Positions 20,109 through 29,401 of a DNA stretch of 64,000 nucleotides are shown one piece after another. Both the position numbers and the translations under genes were made by a program. Position 1 is the first letter of the stretch. Each line of letters begins with the position of its first letter. Source of the stretch: an uncultured virus (IMG/VR IMGVR_UViG_2667527737_000002) (lineage: Duplodnaviria > Heunggongvirae > Uroviricota > Caudoviricetes); the IMG/VR virus record IMGVR_UViG_2667527737_000002; one strand, 5' to 3'. Under the pieces are notes generated by a model, which had not been told where the DNA came from, did not search any database, and worked only from the letters and a program-made list of their open reading frames with translations.

Positions 20109-20461
20109 AAATCTACGATATCACGCCCATCGGCAAACCCAGGATGACCAGAGCTGATAAGTGGAAGCAGCGTCCGGAAGTAATACGTTACCGGGCGTTC
20201 TGTGATGAAGCTCGTCTGCGCAAAATTCACCTGCCAGATTCCGGCGCTCACGTCACGTTCGTCATGCCTATGCCGCAAAGCTGGAGTCAGAAAAAGAGAG
20301 CGCAATACGCAGGACGTCCACATCAGTCAAAGCCCGACTGCGACAATATGCTGAAAGCCCTAATGGACGCTCTCTATGAGGATGATTCACACGTCTGGGA
20401 TTGCCGCATCACCAAAATATGGGGCGAGAAAGGGCAGATCATCATTGGGGAATCTCTATGA
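20105..20461 (+). CDS. rusA: RusA Holliday junction resolvase
   Basis: KPDCDNMLKALMDAL, EDD. Confidence 0.9.
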   Translation: MKIYDITPIGKPRMTRADKWKQRPEVIRYRAFCDEARLRKIHLPDSGAHVTFVMPMPQSWSQKKRAQYAGRPHQSKPDCDNMLKALMDALYEDDSHVWDCRITKIWGEKGQIIIGESL

Positions 20462-20580
20462 CCCTCGATCACTTCATGCAGTACCAAACCGAGAGCCTTA
20501 AGCGCGCCAGTATGCCGCCAGTAGCAAAGCACAACCTGAACCAGACCAAACCAAAACAGCCAAAGAGGGCCGCAGCGTGA
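20458..20580 (+). CDS. 40-aa YlcG-like protein
   Basis: ATGA and GTGA overlaps with rusA and Q. Confidence 0.5.
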   Translation: MTLDHFMQYQTESLKRASMPPVAKHNLNQTKPKQPKRAAA

Positions 20581-21398
20581 ATCTTGAAAACACAGTGAAA
20601 TACCACTTCGCAAAATCCACGCTGATTAGCGATTCTCCGCGTGCTACCGCCTCAGATTCACTGACCGGCACCGACATCATGGCAGCAATGGGCATGACCC
20701 AGGAACGTGCCGCTATGGGGTATAGCGCTTTCCTGGGAAAGATGGGCATAAGCAACAATGACCGGGATCGGGCTATCGGACTATTGGCTGAGTACGCGCT
20801 GACAAAATGCGATAAGGTTGCTGCGTTGCGAAAGCTCTCGCCAAGCGTAAAACCCCGGGTTATACGGATCCTCGCAGAGTACGCCTTTGAGGATTACTCC
20901 CGCAGTGCTTCCAGTAAAAAAACATGCGACTGCTGCAATGGGTCTGGATTCATCGACGCAGTGGCGTTCACCAACAAAGTAACGTATCCGGACGGCAAAC
21001 CGCCGAAGTGGGTAAAAGTTACAAAGGGGATCTATCCATCATACTGGGAGGAGGTGAAGTCGGTCCGGGAGCAGGTCCGGGTGCTTTGCCAAAAGTGCAA
21101 GGGAAAAGGGACTGTTAGCGCCGCCTGTAACGACTGCCACGGTCGGGGGAAGGTAGTGAACCAGGATGAGACGGAGAAGCAGGGAGTGCCTGTGATGGGT
21201 AACTGTAAACGCTGTGGCGGTCGCGGGTATGAGCGAATCCTCTCCACTGCTGTGCATAGGGCCATTTGCCAGATAACGGACGCCATCACTTTGGATACCT
21301 GGAAGAAATCGGTTAAACCGTTCTTCGATGTATTGATCACTAAATTCGATATAGAGGAGGCGTGGGCAGAGGCGCAACTCAAAAAAATAACGCGGTGA
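20577..21398 (+). CDS. Late antiterminator Q (zinc-finger type)
   Basis: TDIMAAMG, four CxxCxGxG repeats. Confidence 0.88.
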   Translation: MNLENTVKYHFAKSTLISDSPRATASDSLTGTDIMAAMGMTQERAAMGYSAFLGKMGISNNDRDRAIGLLAEYALTKCDKVAALRKLSPSVKPRVIRILAEYAFEDYSRSASSKKTCDCCNGSGFIDAVAFTNKVTYPDGKPPKWVKVTKGIYPSYWEEVKSVREQVRVLCQKCKGKGTVSAACNDCHGRGKVVNQDETEKQGVPVMGNCKRCGGRGYERILSTAVHRAICQITDAITLDTWKKSVKPFFDVLITKFDIEEAWAEAQLKKITR

Positions 21399-21475
21399 GA
21401 TATTTACTTTTCCCGAATTCGTGTTAATTTGTTCTAACGATGGGCATTGTATGTTCACCGTTGAAGAAAAAATTT

Positions 21476-21503
21476 AAAGCCTCGGCAAATGCCGGGGCTT
21501 TTT
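21476..21503 (+). terminator. tR'-like terminator
   Basis: AAAGCCTCGGC-AAAT-GCCGGGGCTTTTT. Confidence 0.75.
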
Positions 21504-22193
21504 CGTATCTGCAATCCGGTCAGGGCTCTTGGGTTGAGATGTGCTGCACGACACATCAACGCCCGTGCGCGAAAGAGCCCTAAACCAGAATGCTGGTTTA
21601 GCTAATTTAAAAATAGGTTGGCAGCTATGGGCAGAAAAAAATGCAAAATGAAAAACTGGCGGTTCAACTGCCAATGGTCGGCCCGCCAAAATTGAAAATG
21701 AGAAAGTCATCTCGGTGATGATTTATCAAGGTGCGTCATATCCTATAGGTCTCACTCCTCAGGACAGATGCCCTGTATGAGCTCTTAAGGCTCGGTTCTT
21801 CAACCCTAGAAGCTCTCTGGCCAGGTTAAGGTGCTTAGCTATTTGGTAAAAATCATCAGCATAGACCTCTGGAATTTGAGTAAGAGGTAATGGTTTTGCA
21901 GTGGCGATGGCGCGGTTAGACTCACACCTGAATCCTATGGAGTATAAAAAACGACTGTTTTCTTGTTCAAATTTATTCACAAGAGTATAGGCTTGGATAT
22001 ATTCATTCGTAGGTGCGCAATTATCTAACACAAAAAAACGTGATGTTATCGCTGGGATTTTATTTATATTTATGTCCCGGGTGTTATCAGGCAAAAACAG
22101 AGTGCTGCTTTGGTTTGGTGAGCTCTCCATCCTTTTGCTTACATCATAAAGCGTACCGGAGGCATCAAGGTATACCGCATGATGTACAGCACA

Positions 22194-23350
22194 TAAATAG
22201 CTGCGCCTAATACCGCTACACTTTTGCCTGACCATGTTTTCCTCCGGGGAATGGGCTGGCGGTTTCCATAAAATGGCGGACCTTTTTCAGTAACTGCCAC
22301 ATTGAGCGGCACTGATGATTACGGGTTATCGTGTCATGAAGTGCCTGCCATAGCCGTTCCACATGATTCACCCACGGCGAGTAAACCGGCTGGTAAATTA
22401 CCCTGAACTTGGGATTTGCTTTCAACCAGCGCTGTGTTTCGCGGCTTTTATGGATAATGTAGTTATCAACGATCAGCGTGATTGTTTTCGCCCGCCGGTA
22501 AGTGGCTTTCAGGTGCTTCAGCAGAGCGATAAACAGCGCTGAACTTTTGCTGTTGCCGCCCACGTAGCTAACTTTACCCGTGCCACTGTGCAGTGCGCCG
22601 GCCAGATAGTATTTTTCGTTCTGCCCCGGAGTCACTACCCGTTTCTGCTGTCCGCGCAACTGCCAGTCCGCACCGATTTTAGGATTAAGGTGGATATCCA
22701 CTTCATCTTCATAAAATACCGGATGCTCTGCGCTGCATTCATCCAGCGCTTTGTGGATTACCGCCATCTTTTCATCTTTATGTGGGTCACGGATACGCAG
22801 AGTTGGCGCGGCCCTGCGCCATACAAGCCCCGCAGATGGCAACCAGCGGCGAACGGTTGCTGCATGTAACTGGCAACCGGTTATCTCGTTGATTTTTATT
22901 GCCAGTAATTCGGTGCTCCAGCGTGAACGTTGATAACCAAAATCGCCGGGAGAATGCTTTATCAGCTCACGTAACAGGGTGCAGATATGTTCAAAAGGCC
23001 AGCGTCGGGAGCGCCCTGCGGGTAAGGATTTCAGGCCTTCAATACCTGAGTGCGTAAACCAGTTAATCCAGCGACCAACGGATGAACGGGCACAACAGAG
23101 AGTTCTGGCAACATCGCTGACCCGTTCACCCCGATGAAGCATCAGCATGGCCGTGAGTCTGCGGGCATGATTTTTATCGCGCGTTTTATGAATAGCTTTC
23201 TGCATCAGGCGTCGTTCGCCACGGGGTATTGGTGCTATGATCGGCATCGCTCAGTCCGGTTGGTGGTTTTGGTTGGTTTGGCGATTGATCAGATCGCACA
23301 ATCCGGGCTGAGTTCCCTTTCAGTGATCTACTATTCCGCGCAGCTATTTA
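22194..23350 (-). mobile_element. IS630-family insertion sequence incl. duplicated TA
   Basis: Terminal IRs TAAATAGCTGCGC / GCGCAGCTATTTA. Confidence 0.93.
22216..23247 (-). CDS. IS630 DDE transposase
   Basis: YEDE, VDNYIIH, YSPWVNHVERLW. Confidence 0.95.
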   Translation of the reverse strand: MPIIAPIPRGERRLMQKAIHKTRDKNHARRLTAMLMLHRGERVSDVARTLCCARSSVGRWINWFTHSGIEGLKSLPAGRSRRWPFEHICTLLRELIKHSPGDFGYQRSRWSTELLAIKINEITGCQLHAATVRRWLPSAGLVWRRAAPTLRIRDPHKDEKMAVIHKALDECSAEHPVFYEDEVDIHLNPKIGADWQLRGQQKRVVTPGQNEKYYLAGALHSGTGKVSYVGGNSKSSALFIALLKHLKATYRRAKTITLIVDNYIIHKSRETQRWLKANPKFRVIYQPVYSPWVNHVERLWQALHDTITRNHQCRSMWQLLKKVRHFMETASPFPGGKHGQAKV

Positions 23351-23698
23351 TGTGGCTTCTGGGCCACAGTGAAAGGTCCCAGCCTAAAACCATACGGCCG
23401 CCAAATTCCTTAACCAAGGACTCTACATTCCAGTAGCAGTTAGCGAATGGAAGTGGGTACTCCACAACTGGGACTGATATCGGCTCAGCTCCTCGGTTAA
23501 TTTTGTTGCAAAATTCTAATAGGTTATTATTATCTGAATCAATTGGTTCGCATACTGGATACGCAGAATTCATTAAAACCCCCAGATAAACATGAGCATT
23601 TATAAACGCAATAAATCTCAACTTTTTTAACATATAGGGTATTAATTAGGAAGGTGATAGATCGGTTAATAAGGGGTATCGAGATGAACAAAAAGCAT

Positions 23699-23796
23699 GG
23701 ATAGTTGGCTGAGTGGACGAAAGCAGTCGGTTGCTAACCGATCGGGTGGGTCATATGGCTGTCGCCCCGCAGGTTCGAATCCTGCACTATCCGCCA
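23699..23796 (+). tRNA. tRNA-Ser (GCT), long variable arm
   Basis: GGATAGT/ACTATCC acceptor, G discriminator, CCA, GTCGG-TTGCTAA-CCGAT, GCAGG-TTCGAAT-CCTGC. Confidence 0.9.
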
Positions 23797-24237
23797 AACA
23801 TGGGCACGAGCATTAACGCTTAAATAAGTCCTTATAGGTGCCAGATTGCTCGCCTGGCCGCCAGACCTACGAAACAGGGCACACAACAGGTAAGATCATT
23901 GGACATATGAGGGCTGTTCTACCCTAACTGATGTCGAGCCAAACCAGTGCTCTTTCCGTTGCGGTTTTTTCTGATGCTAGTTGGTTCGGTTGCGGCGGAT
24001 ACCAAGGCGACGAAGGAATTGCTGACGCACAGCACCACAACCCAATCCCTCTACCTTGGAGCCATTGCGGCTATCCTCGCTGCACTGGCAGCGTGCATTA
24101 CTGGCCATTAAAAGTGATTTTTTAAAAAAATTTGCTTGAACCAGTAATTCACAGACTTAAACGGAACATTGCTCCGCCGTTATTGAGATAATCACTCGGC
24201 CGGAACGGCAAAAGTGACTTTTAACTCAGGAGCGTCA

Positions 24238-24306
24238 ATGAGCAAAATCATGGTGATCATCGGGCTAGCACTCTGCGTGTGGGTGTTTGTTCGGTATTGG
24301 TTGTAG
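24238..24306 (+). CDS. 22-aa hydrophobic peptide MSKIMVIIGLALCVWVFVRYWL
   Basis: AGGAG RBS; followed by terminator near 24322-24347. Confidence 0.5.
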   Translation: MSKIMVIIGLALCVWVFVRYWL

Positions 24307-24459
24307 TAGTCGCCATATTGGAGGCTGCGCACTTGCGCGGCCTTTTTCATTTCAGGCTCACGGGAACCATCATCGATACGGCTCGTTGTTAAATCAGCCC
24401 GATGGGCCTGACCCTTTTCAAACACACAGCGCCATCCGTCATCAACGGAGGTGAGGCTT

Positions 24460-24783
24460 ATGCGAATGCCCTACAAACAAGATTTCATCGCCGCTCTGCT
24501 GGCAGCTAAGGAGCAGGGTATCGGCGCAATACTGGCTTTCATCATGGCGTATTTACGGGGCCGCTATAACGGTGGCGCCATGGCGAAGACGCTGATCGAT
24601 GCTGTCATGTGCGCGATGATCGCTTGGTTCGTCCGTGACCTTCTCGACTTCATTGACCTTAGCAGCAATCTCGCCTACATCGCCAGTGTCTTCATTGGCT
24701 ACATCGGTACTGACTCGATTGGCAACCTGATTAAGAAGTTCGCCGCCAGAAAAGCAGGAGTTGATGATGCTGGAACTCAATAA
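24460..24783 (+). CDS. Lambda S-like holin with Met-Arg-Met dual start (107/105 aa)
   Basis: [17 protein letters not shown], three TMs. Confidence 0.92.
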   Translation: MRMPYKQDFIAALLAAKEQGIGAILAFIMAYLRGRYNGGAMAKTLIDAVMCAMIAWFVRDLLDFIDLSSNLAYIASVFIGYIGTDSIGNLIKKFAARKAGVDDAGTQ

Positions 24784-25246
24784 GCAGCGCAGGGCATTTC
24801 TGGATATGCTCGCCTGGTCAGAGGGTACTGACAAGCTAGGGCAGAACACCAAAAACAGGGGTTATGATGTCATTGTCGGCGGATCGCTTTTCTCGGACTA
24901 CAGCGACCACCCACGAAAACTGGTCAACCTCCCCAAGTTGGGCATCAAATCTACCGCGGCCGGGCGTTACCAGTTGCTTTCAAAGTGGTGGGATGCGTAC
25001 CGGAAACAGCTTGGACTGAAAGACTTCTCTCCAGCCTCACAGGACCAGGTGGCACTGCAGCAAATCAAAGAACGTGGCGCGCTGCCGCTCATCGATAACG
25101 GGCAGATTCGGCAGGCAATCGATCGCTGCAGCAATATCTGGGCATCATTGCCAGGCGCCGGCTATGGCCAGTTTGAGCAAAAGGCCGACAACCTGATCGC
25201 AAAATTCAAAGCCGCTGGCGGCGCTGTGGCAGAAGTTCAGCCATGA
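24767..25246 (+). CDS. Lambda R-like endolysin (lytic transglycosylase)
   Basis: [31 protein letters not shown]. Confidence 0.95.
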   Translation: MLELNKQRRAFLDMLAWSEGTDKLGQNTKNRGYDVIVGGSLFSDYSDHPRKLVNLPKLGIKSTAAGRYQLLSKWWDAYRKQLGLKDFSPASQDQVALQQIKERGALPLIDNGQIRQAIDRCSNIWASLPGAGYGQFEQKADNLIAKFKAAGGAVAEVQP

Positions 25247-25710
25247 GCCGATTAACCGCCATTATCAGCGCCTTAGTGATCTGCCTGATAGTCAGCCTCG
25301 GCTGGCTGGTCAGTCACTACCACAGCAACGCGACCGAGCTCAAAAGGCAGCGGGACAAAGCGACTGAGCAACTCAGCTTGGCGAAAGACACCATCGCTGA
25401 CATGCAGGTAAGGCAGCGCGACGTCGCAGCGCTAGATGCCAAATACACGAAGGAGTTAGCCGATGCAAAAGCTGAAAATGATGCTCTGCAGCGCAAGCTT
25501 GATAATGGTGGTCGGGTGCTCGTCAAAGGCAAGTGTCCAGTGTCAGCCGCAACCCAAACCACCGGCGCCGCCAGCATGGGCGATGATGCCACCGTCGAAC
25601 TCTCTACAGTTGCTGGACGAAACGTTCTCGGTATCCGATCAGGCATCCTCAGCGACCAAACAGCCCTGAGGGCGCTACAGAACTATATTCATACGCAGTG
25701 TCTGAGATAA
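25243..25710 (+). CDS. Rz i-spanin
   Basis: N-terminal [16 protein letters not shown]. Confidence 0.9.
   Translation: MSRLTAIISALVICLIVSLGWLVSHYHSNATELKRQRDKATEQLSLAKDTIADMQVRQRDVAALDAKYTKELADAKAENDALQRKLDNGGRVLVKGKCPVSAATQTTGAASMGDDATVELSTVAGRNVLGIRSGILSDQTALRALQNYIHTQCLR
25463..25669 (+). CDS. Rz1 o-spanin embedded in Rz
   Basis: Lipobox VVGC, Pro-rich PPAPPAW. Confidence 0.85.
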   Translation: MQKLKMMLCSASLIMVVGCSSKASVQCQPQPKPPAPPAWAMMPPSNSLQLLDETFSVSDQASSATKQP

Positions 25711-25886
25711 AGATGCTGATACTCTTCAATCTCCTGCGGGTATGACTCGGTTGACTATCGGAAAAACCGTGCAGCTCTAAGGGCAATCTACCAATCTCCA
25801 TGCTGGTGTGTGGTTAATTATTTACCCCAAATCTTCCGGAAGTGATATCAATGATGATAACTTAACCTCTTTTATAGGAGGTATAT

Positions 25887-26453
25887 ATGGCTGATTGGTT
25901 TAGTGCGAATGCAGGTTCGATAATTCCCGCAGCGTCGGCATTGGTCGGCGTTCTTGTAACAGCATTGTTCAATTTTTTCTCAAATTTATCCAATTCAAAA
26001 AATTTGAGGGAAGCAAGGGAAAGTCAGAACAATTTTGAGAAATGGAAAACTAACCGAGAATTTTATGTAAACAAGGCTGAAGAAATTTTTGACTTAATTG
26101 ATAAATGGGGTAAGAGTGCAAATACGCTTCATCAAATCCAAATGCTTCGGATTGAGGGGTTGAATAGCGATGAGGACGTTGGTAAGGCGTGGCGTAATTA
26201 TAATGAAGTTATCCAAAATCAAAGAATCAATATGTTTTTAAGTTTGTATTACAAAGACTTTACAAGCGGTCTTAATGAGATTTCAGAATTGTCTGAAAAA
26301 ATCAATCATGATTATGTTTTGACCGTTTCAAGTCAAAAGGATAGCGATAAAAAAGCGTTTCTTCGTGAAGCAAGCGCAAGAAATGAAGAGATAAACAAGA
26401 AAATCAGTCATTTTAAAACTCAACTTGCGCAACTAACTCAAGTTCATCTATAA
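25887..26453 (+). CDS. AT-rich moron, N-terminal TM plus helical domain
   Basis: AGGAGG RBS, own terminator near 26545-26570. Confidence 0.75.
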   Translation: MADWFSANAGSIIPAASALVGVLVTALFNFFSNLSNSKNLREARESQNNFEKWKTNREFYVNKAEEIFDLIDKWGKSANTLHQIQMLRIEGLNSDEDVGKAWRNYNEVIQNQRINMFLSLYYKDFTSGLNEISELSEKINHDYVLTVSSQKDSDKKAFLREASARNEEINKKISHFKTQLAQLTQVHL

Positions 26454-26579
26454 CGCTTTGCGATGTTTTGGTTGCCAGTTTAAAGTTGTCCTCTGGATGG
26501 ATAATCTCATAAATAACCGCAAGTAGATCTATCATTGTTGCAAAAAAAGCCACCAAGCGTGGCTTTTTTAATGGTTGAT

Positions 26580-26738
26580 TTTACTACAGACACACCGATC
26601 CCCGGAATGGTGGTTCCGTTCATTTGCCAGGCTAGTTTGGAGTTAAACGAGAAGCTTTACTCTGCGCTGGAGCAGTGCAATCTGAATAAGGCGGGGATTA
26701 GAAAGATAGAGGAAGAACACCACAGCACTTTGCAATAA
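26580..26738 (+). pseudogene. Remnant of a second Rz1-type spanin
   Basis: TPIPGMVVPF..ASLELN..LYSALEQCNL..IRKIE, no signal peptide. Confidence 0.5.
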
Positions 26739-26998
26739 TCAGACAAATAAGCAGTACAATATGATTTACTGCAGGGGCATAAGCTAAAGCAAGCTCATAA
26801 AACTTTTCCATCAAGAACCTCGTTGAGTCGTTTAGTGTTCTTAGAGTATAACGAATCAACATCTCTGAACTTAACCAACCCGTCATGACCCAGCGGTGCC
26901 GCAGAAATTCAGGCGCACAACCAAGCAGTGCAGGCCAACTGCCCAAACATTCCCCCCACCAAGGGATAAAGCCAACAATCTCCCATAAAAGGATAACC

Positions 26999-27199
26999 AT
27001 GACTCCATAAGTTCTTACCGCAGAGCAAATTAAAGCTCTGGCAGACTTCGCTGAGTAGGACGGTCAACCCGCTTACACGATCACTCAGGCCAGCATCCCT
27101 GAATTTGAAGCGGATGACGACAGCACTGTACCGGGTTACGAGGGCCTTATCGCCTACTCAGAATCAGAAGAGCACGGCGTGCTTCAGCTGGAAGATTAA
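26999..27199 (+). pseudogene. Small acidic phage gene with two in-frame stops
   Basis: AAGGA RBS; MTP*VLTAEQIKALADFAE*DGQPAY...LQLED. Confidence 0.5.
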
Positions 27200-27321
27200 G
27201 CACTAAAGAAGCTACTCTTTGGATGAAGGGCTTTGATGTCTACCATTAATAGGTCTTCTCCTCTACACGTTAAGGCTGTACCTTGATAATGTTGATTTAC
27301 ATTCACGGTATTGGTGTTTTC

Positions 27322-27657
27322 ATGAAAAAGGGATTTATCGGTACGATCTTCCTGTGTGGTATGCTTCTGGGGTGTTCCAGCTCCGCTAAAAAACCTCAAC
27401 CAAAGCTGCTATATTCGCCGCATCCTGCATATCCGTATTACGCACTGGCTAACAGAATTGAAGGAGGTGTGGCGGTTAGATATAACGTTGGTGTTGATGG
27501 CAAAATATCAAAGGTTTGGATCCTAAAATCAGAACCTCAGCACCTATTCGACTCTGCAGTCATTGCGGCAATGGCCCAATGGCGTTATGAAACCAATAAA
27601 CCTAGCCAAGGCTTAACAAAAACAATATATTTTAAAATCAAAGCTCCGTCCGAATAA
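27322..27657 (+). CDS. Lipoprotein consisting of a TonB C-terminal domain
   Basis: LLGC lipobox; PAYP..A..IEG.V.V...V..DG.I, LFDSAVIAAMAQWRY. Confidence 0.85.
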   Translation: MKKGFIGTIFLCGMLLGCSSSAKKPQPKLLYSPHPAYPYYALANRIEGGVAVRYNVGVDGKISKVWILKSEPQHLFDSAVIAAMAQWRYETNKPSQGLTKTIYFKIKAPSE

Positions 27658-27805
27658 ATTAGAGAGCAGAGTGTTGAGACTTTTTCATTAATGCCGCATT
27701 CATTGTCATCGCAAAGGCCACCTACGGGTGGTTTTTTTATGGCATTACGGAGCATCTATAAGAAATGCCTTCGATAATGCTCCCCACATCGCACAGGGGT
27801 AAGAC

Positions 27806-28051
27806 ATGTCAGAGATCACCGCATCCGAGCAAATCCGCCTGGATATCATCAAGAAAGTGAATTACGACACCGCAGCGGCCAAGCTGGCCATTGACTGGGT
27901 TGGTGACAGCTATCTGAAGTCTGAGCTTTTCGCAGACTCCTTTGATCGAGTTTACACGGAAAGCGAGATTGTCTCGAAGACCCGTAAAGCGATTCAGGAA
28001 GCGACCGAAGCGCTGGCGCTGTTTGATACCGGCGCTGAGCAGGCCAGCTAA
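27806..28051 (+). CDS. DUF2560-like protein
   Basis: Resembles small pre-terminase protein of P22-like phages. Confidence 0.55.
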   Translation: MSEITASEQIRLDIIKKVNYDTAAAKLAIDWVGDSYLKSELFADSFDRVYTESEIVSKTRKAIQEATEALALFDTGAEQAS

Positions 28052-28154
28052 GGCATTACAGTTGGTGCCTATGGAAGTATCGTTTTCGTTCAGGAAAGGA
28101 GGTATCGACTGATACCAACTGATACGAATAGGCCCTGAAAAGGGCCTTCTGCTA

Positions 28155-28292
28155 TTAACGCATACCCGGACCATGTGAGAACCCGCCGCCAGGACCACCA
28201 CCATGTCCGCCTGGGCCTCCCGGAGGCAAAATACATCCTGAAAAAGACAGCGCACCACAGATCACAAAAACAGCAAGCATAATTCTTTTCAT
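28155..28292 (-). CDS. 45-aa Gly/Pro-rich lipoprotein
   Basis: MKRIMLAVFVICGALSFSGC-ILPPGGPGGHGGGPGGGFSHGPGMR, AGGAG RBS. Confidence 0.7.
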   Translation of the reverse strand: MKRIMLAVFVICGALSFSGCILPPGGPGGHGGGPGGGFSHGPGMR

Positions 28293-28396
28293 AATAACTC
28301 CTGAACTAAAGAGCCTTAATTCCAAAACATAAAAGTGAATATTTTATGGAGAATCGGTAATTCCTTTTTCTCCCTCACGTTAAATAGGAATAATCC

Positions 28397-29401
28397 ATGG
28401 CAAAACCGGACTGGGGCGAGCTTCAGCAACGGTTCCTGTCCGATCATGCCGCAACCGGCGTATCACCGAAGGATTGGTGTGAAGCGCAGGGACTGAATTA
28501 CGCTACTGCCCGCCGATACATCAAGAAGCCCACTGCGCAAACTGCGCAAAAACCTGCGCAGAAGAAATTGCGCACTGCGCAAAAGGAAAAGTGCGCAGAA
28601 GAGCTGGTGGATGGTGACGGCCTCACCAGCCAACAACGTTTATTTGTCGCGGAATACCTGAAAGACAACAACGCCACACAGGCAGCTATTCGTGCTGGCT
28701 ACAGCAAGAAGACAGCGAATGAGCAGGGAGCAAGGCTGTTAGCAAAAGTTAGTATTGCGCAGGCCATTGCGCAGCAGCAGAAAGCATCCATCGTGCGCAC
28801 GCTCGGCAGCGCTGATGAAGTGCTTGAGCAGATGTGGCGGCTGGCAACGTACGACGCCAACCAGCTATCGCAGTATCGCCGCGGGAGCTGCCGTTACTGC
28901 TGGGGCTTCGGTCACCAATACCAGTGGCGCGATGCTGTTGAGTACGAAGAGAAGCGACTCGAAGCGCTTGAGCGAAAACGTCGCGAGCCCGTCGATGTTG
29001 GTGGCTACGGTTACGAGCACACCAGCGCACCTAACCCGGAATGCCCTCGCTGTAATGGAGATGGCGTCGGCCAACCTTTCTTCGCTGATACGCGCAAGCT
29101 GGCGCCTGATGCTGCGCTTGCCTATTCCGGTGTGAAGCTTGGGAAGAATGGCGTTGAGATAACCTCTATCAGCCGCGAGCGTATGTACGAGGCTGTGATG
29201 AAACGGCTCGGCCTAGCTGATAGCGAGTTCGCCCAGCGTCTGCAGCAGATTGAAATTGAGCGCCGGCAGCTGGAGATTGAAAAATTACGCAAAGAGCTGG
29301 CTGCTGACCCGGAGGATGACGAACCAACGCCAGTTGCAATCAATATCAACGTAGTCGATGCACGAGTGAGGGAAGAGGATGGCGATAGCACCGACGCTTA
29401 A
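28397..29401 (+). CDS. Terminase small subunit
   Basis: NATQAAIRAGYS, CRYC/CPRC. Confidence 0.9.
   Translation: MAKPDWGELQQRFLSDHAATGVSPKDWCEAQGLNYATARRYIKKPTAQTAQKPAQKKLRTAQKEKCAEELVDGDGLTSQQRLFVAEYLKDNNATQAAIRAGYSKKTANEQGARLLAKVSIAQAIAQQQKASIVRTLGSADEVLEQMWRLATYDANQLSQYRRGSCRYCWGFGHQYQWRDAVEYEEKRLEALERKRREPVDVGGYGYEHTSAPNPECPRCNGDGVGQPFFADTRKLAPDAALAYSGVKLGKNGVEITSISRERMYEAVMKRLGLADSEFAQRLQQIEIERRQLEIEKLRKELAADPEDDEPTPVAININVVDARVREEDGDSTDA

Larger units (their letters stand above)
21759..23573 (-). pseudogene. 219-aa moron gene split by IS630 (putative Cys-His-Asp fold)
   Basis: Removing the IS and one TA joins ...WPRSHI to CAVHHAVY... in frame. Confidence 0.85.

Noticed and set aside
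23800..24060. Structured-looking region after the tRNA, possible extra tRNAs
   Set aside because: No complete cloverleaf or T-loop consensus found.
28130..28147. GCCCTGAAAAGGGC resembling lambda boxB
   Set aside because: One A short, no boxA, late-region location; better explained as a terminator hairpin between convergent genes.
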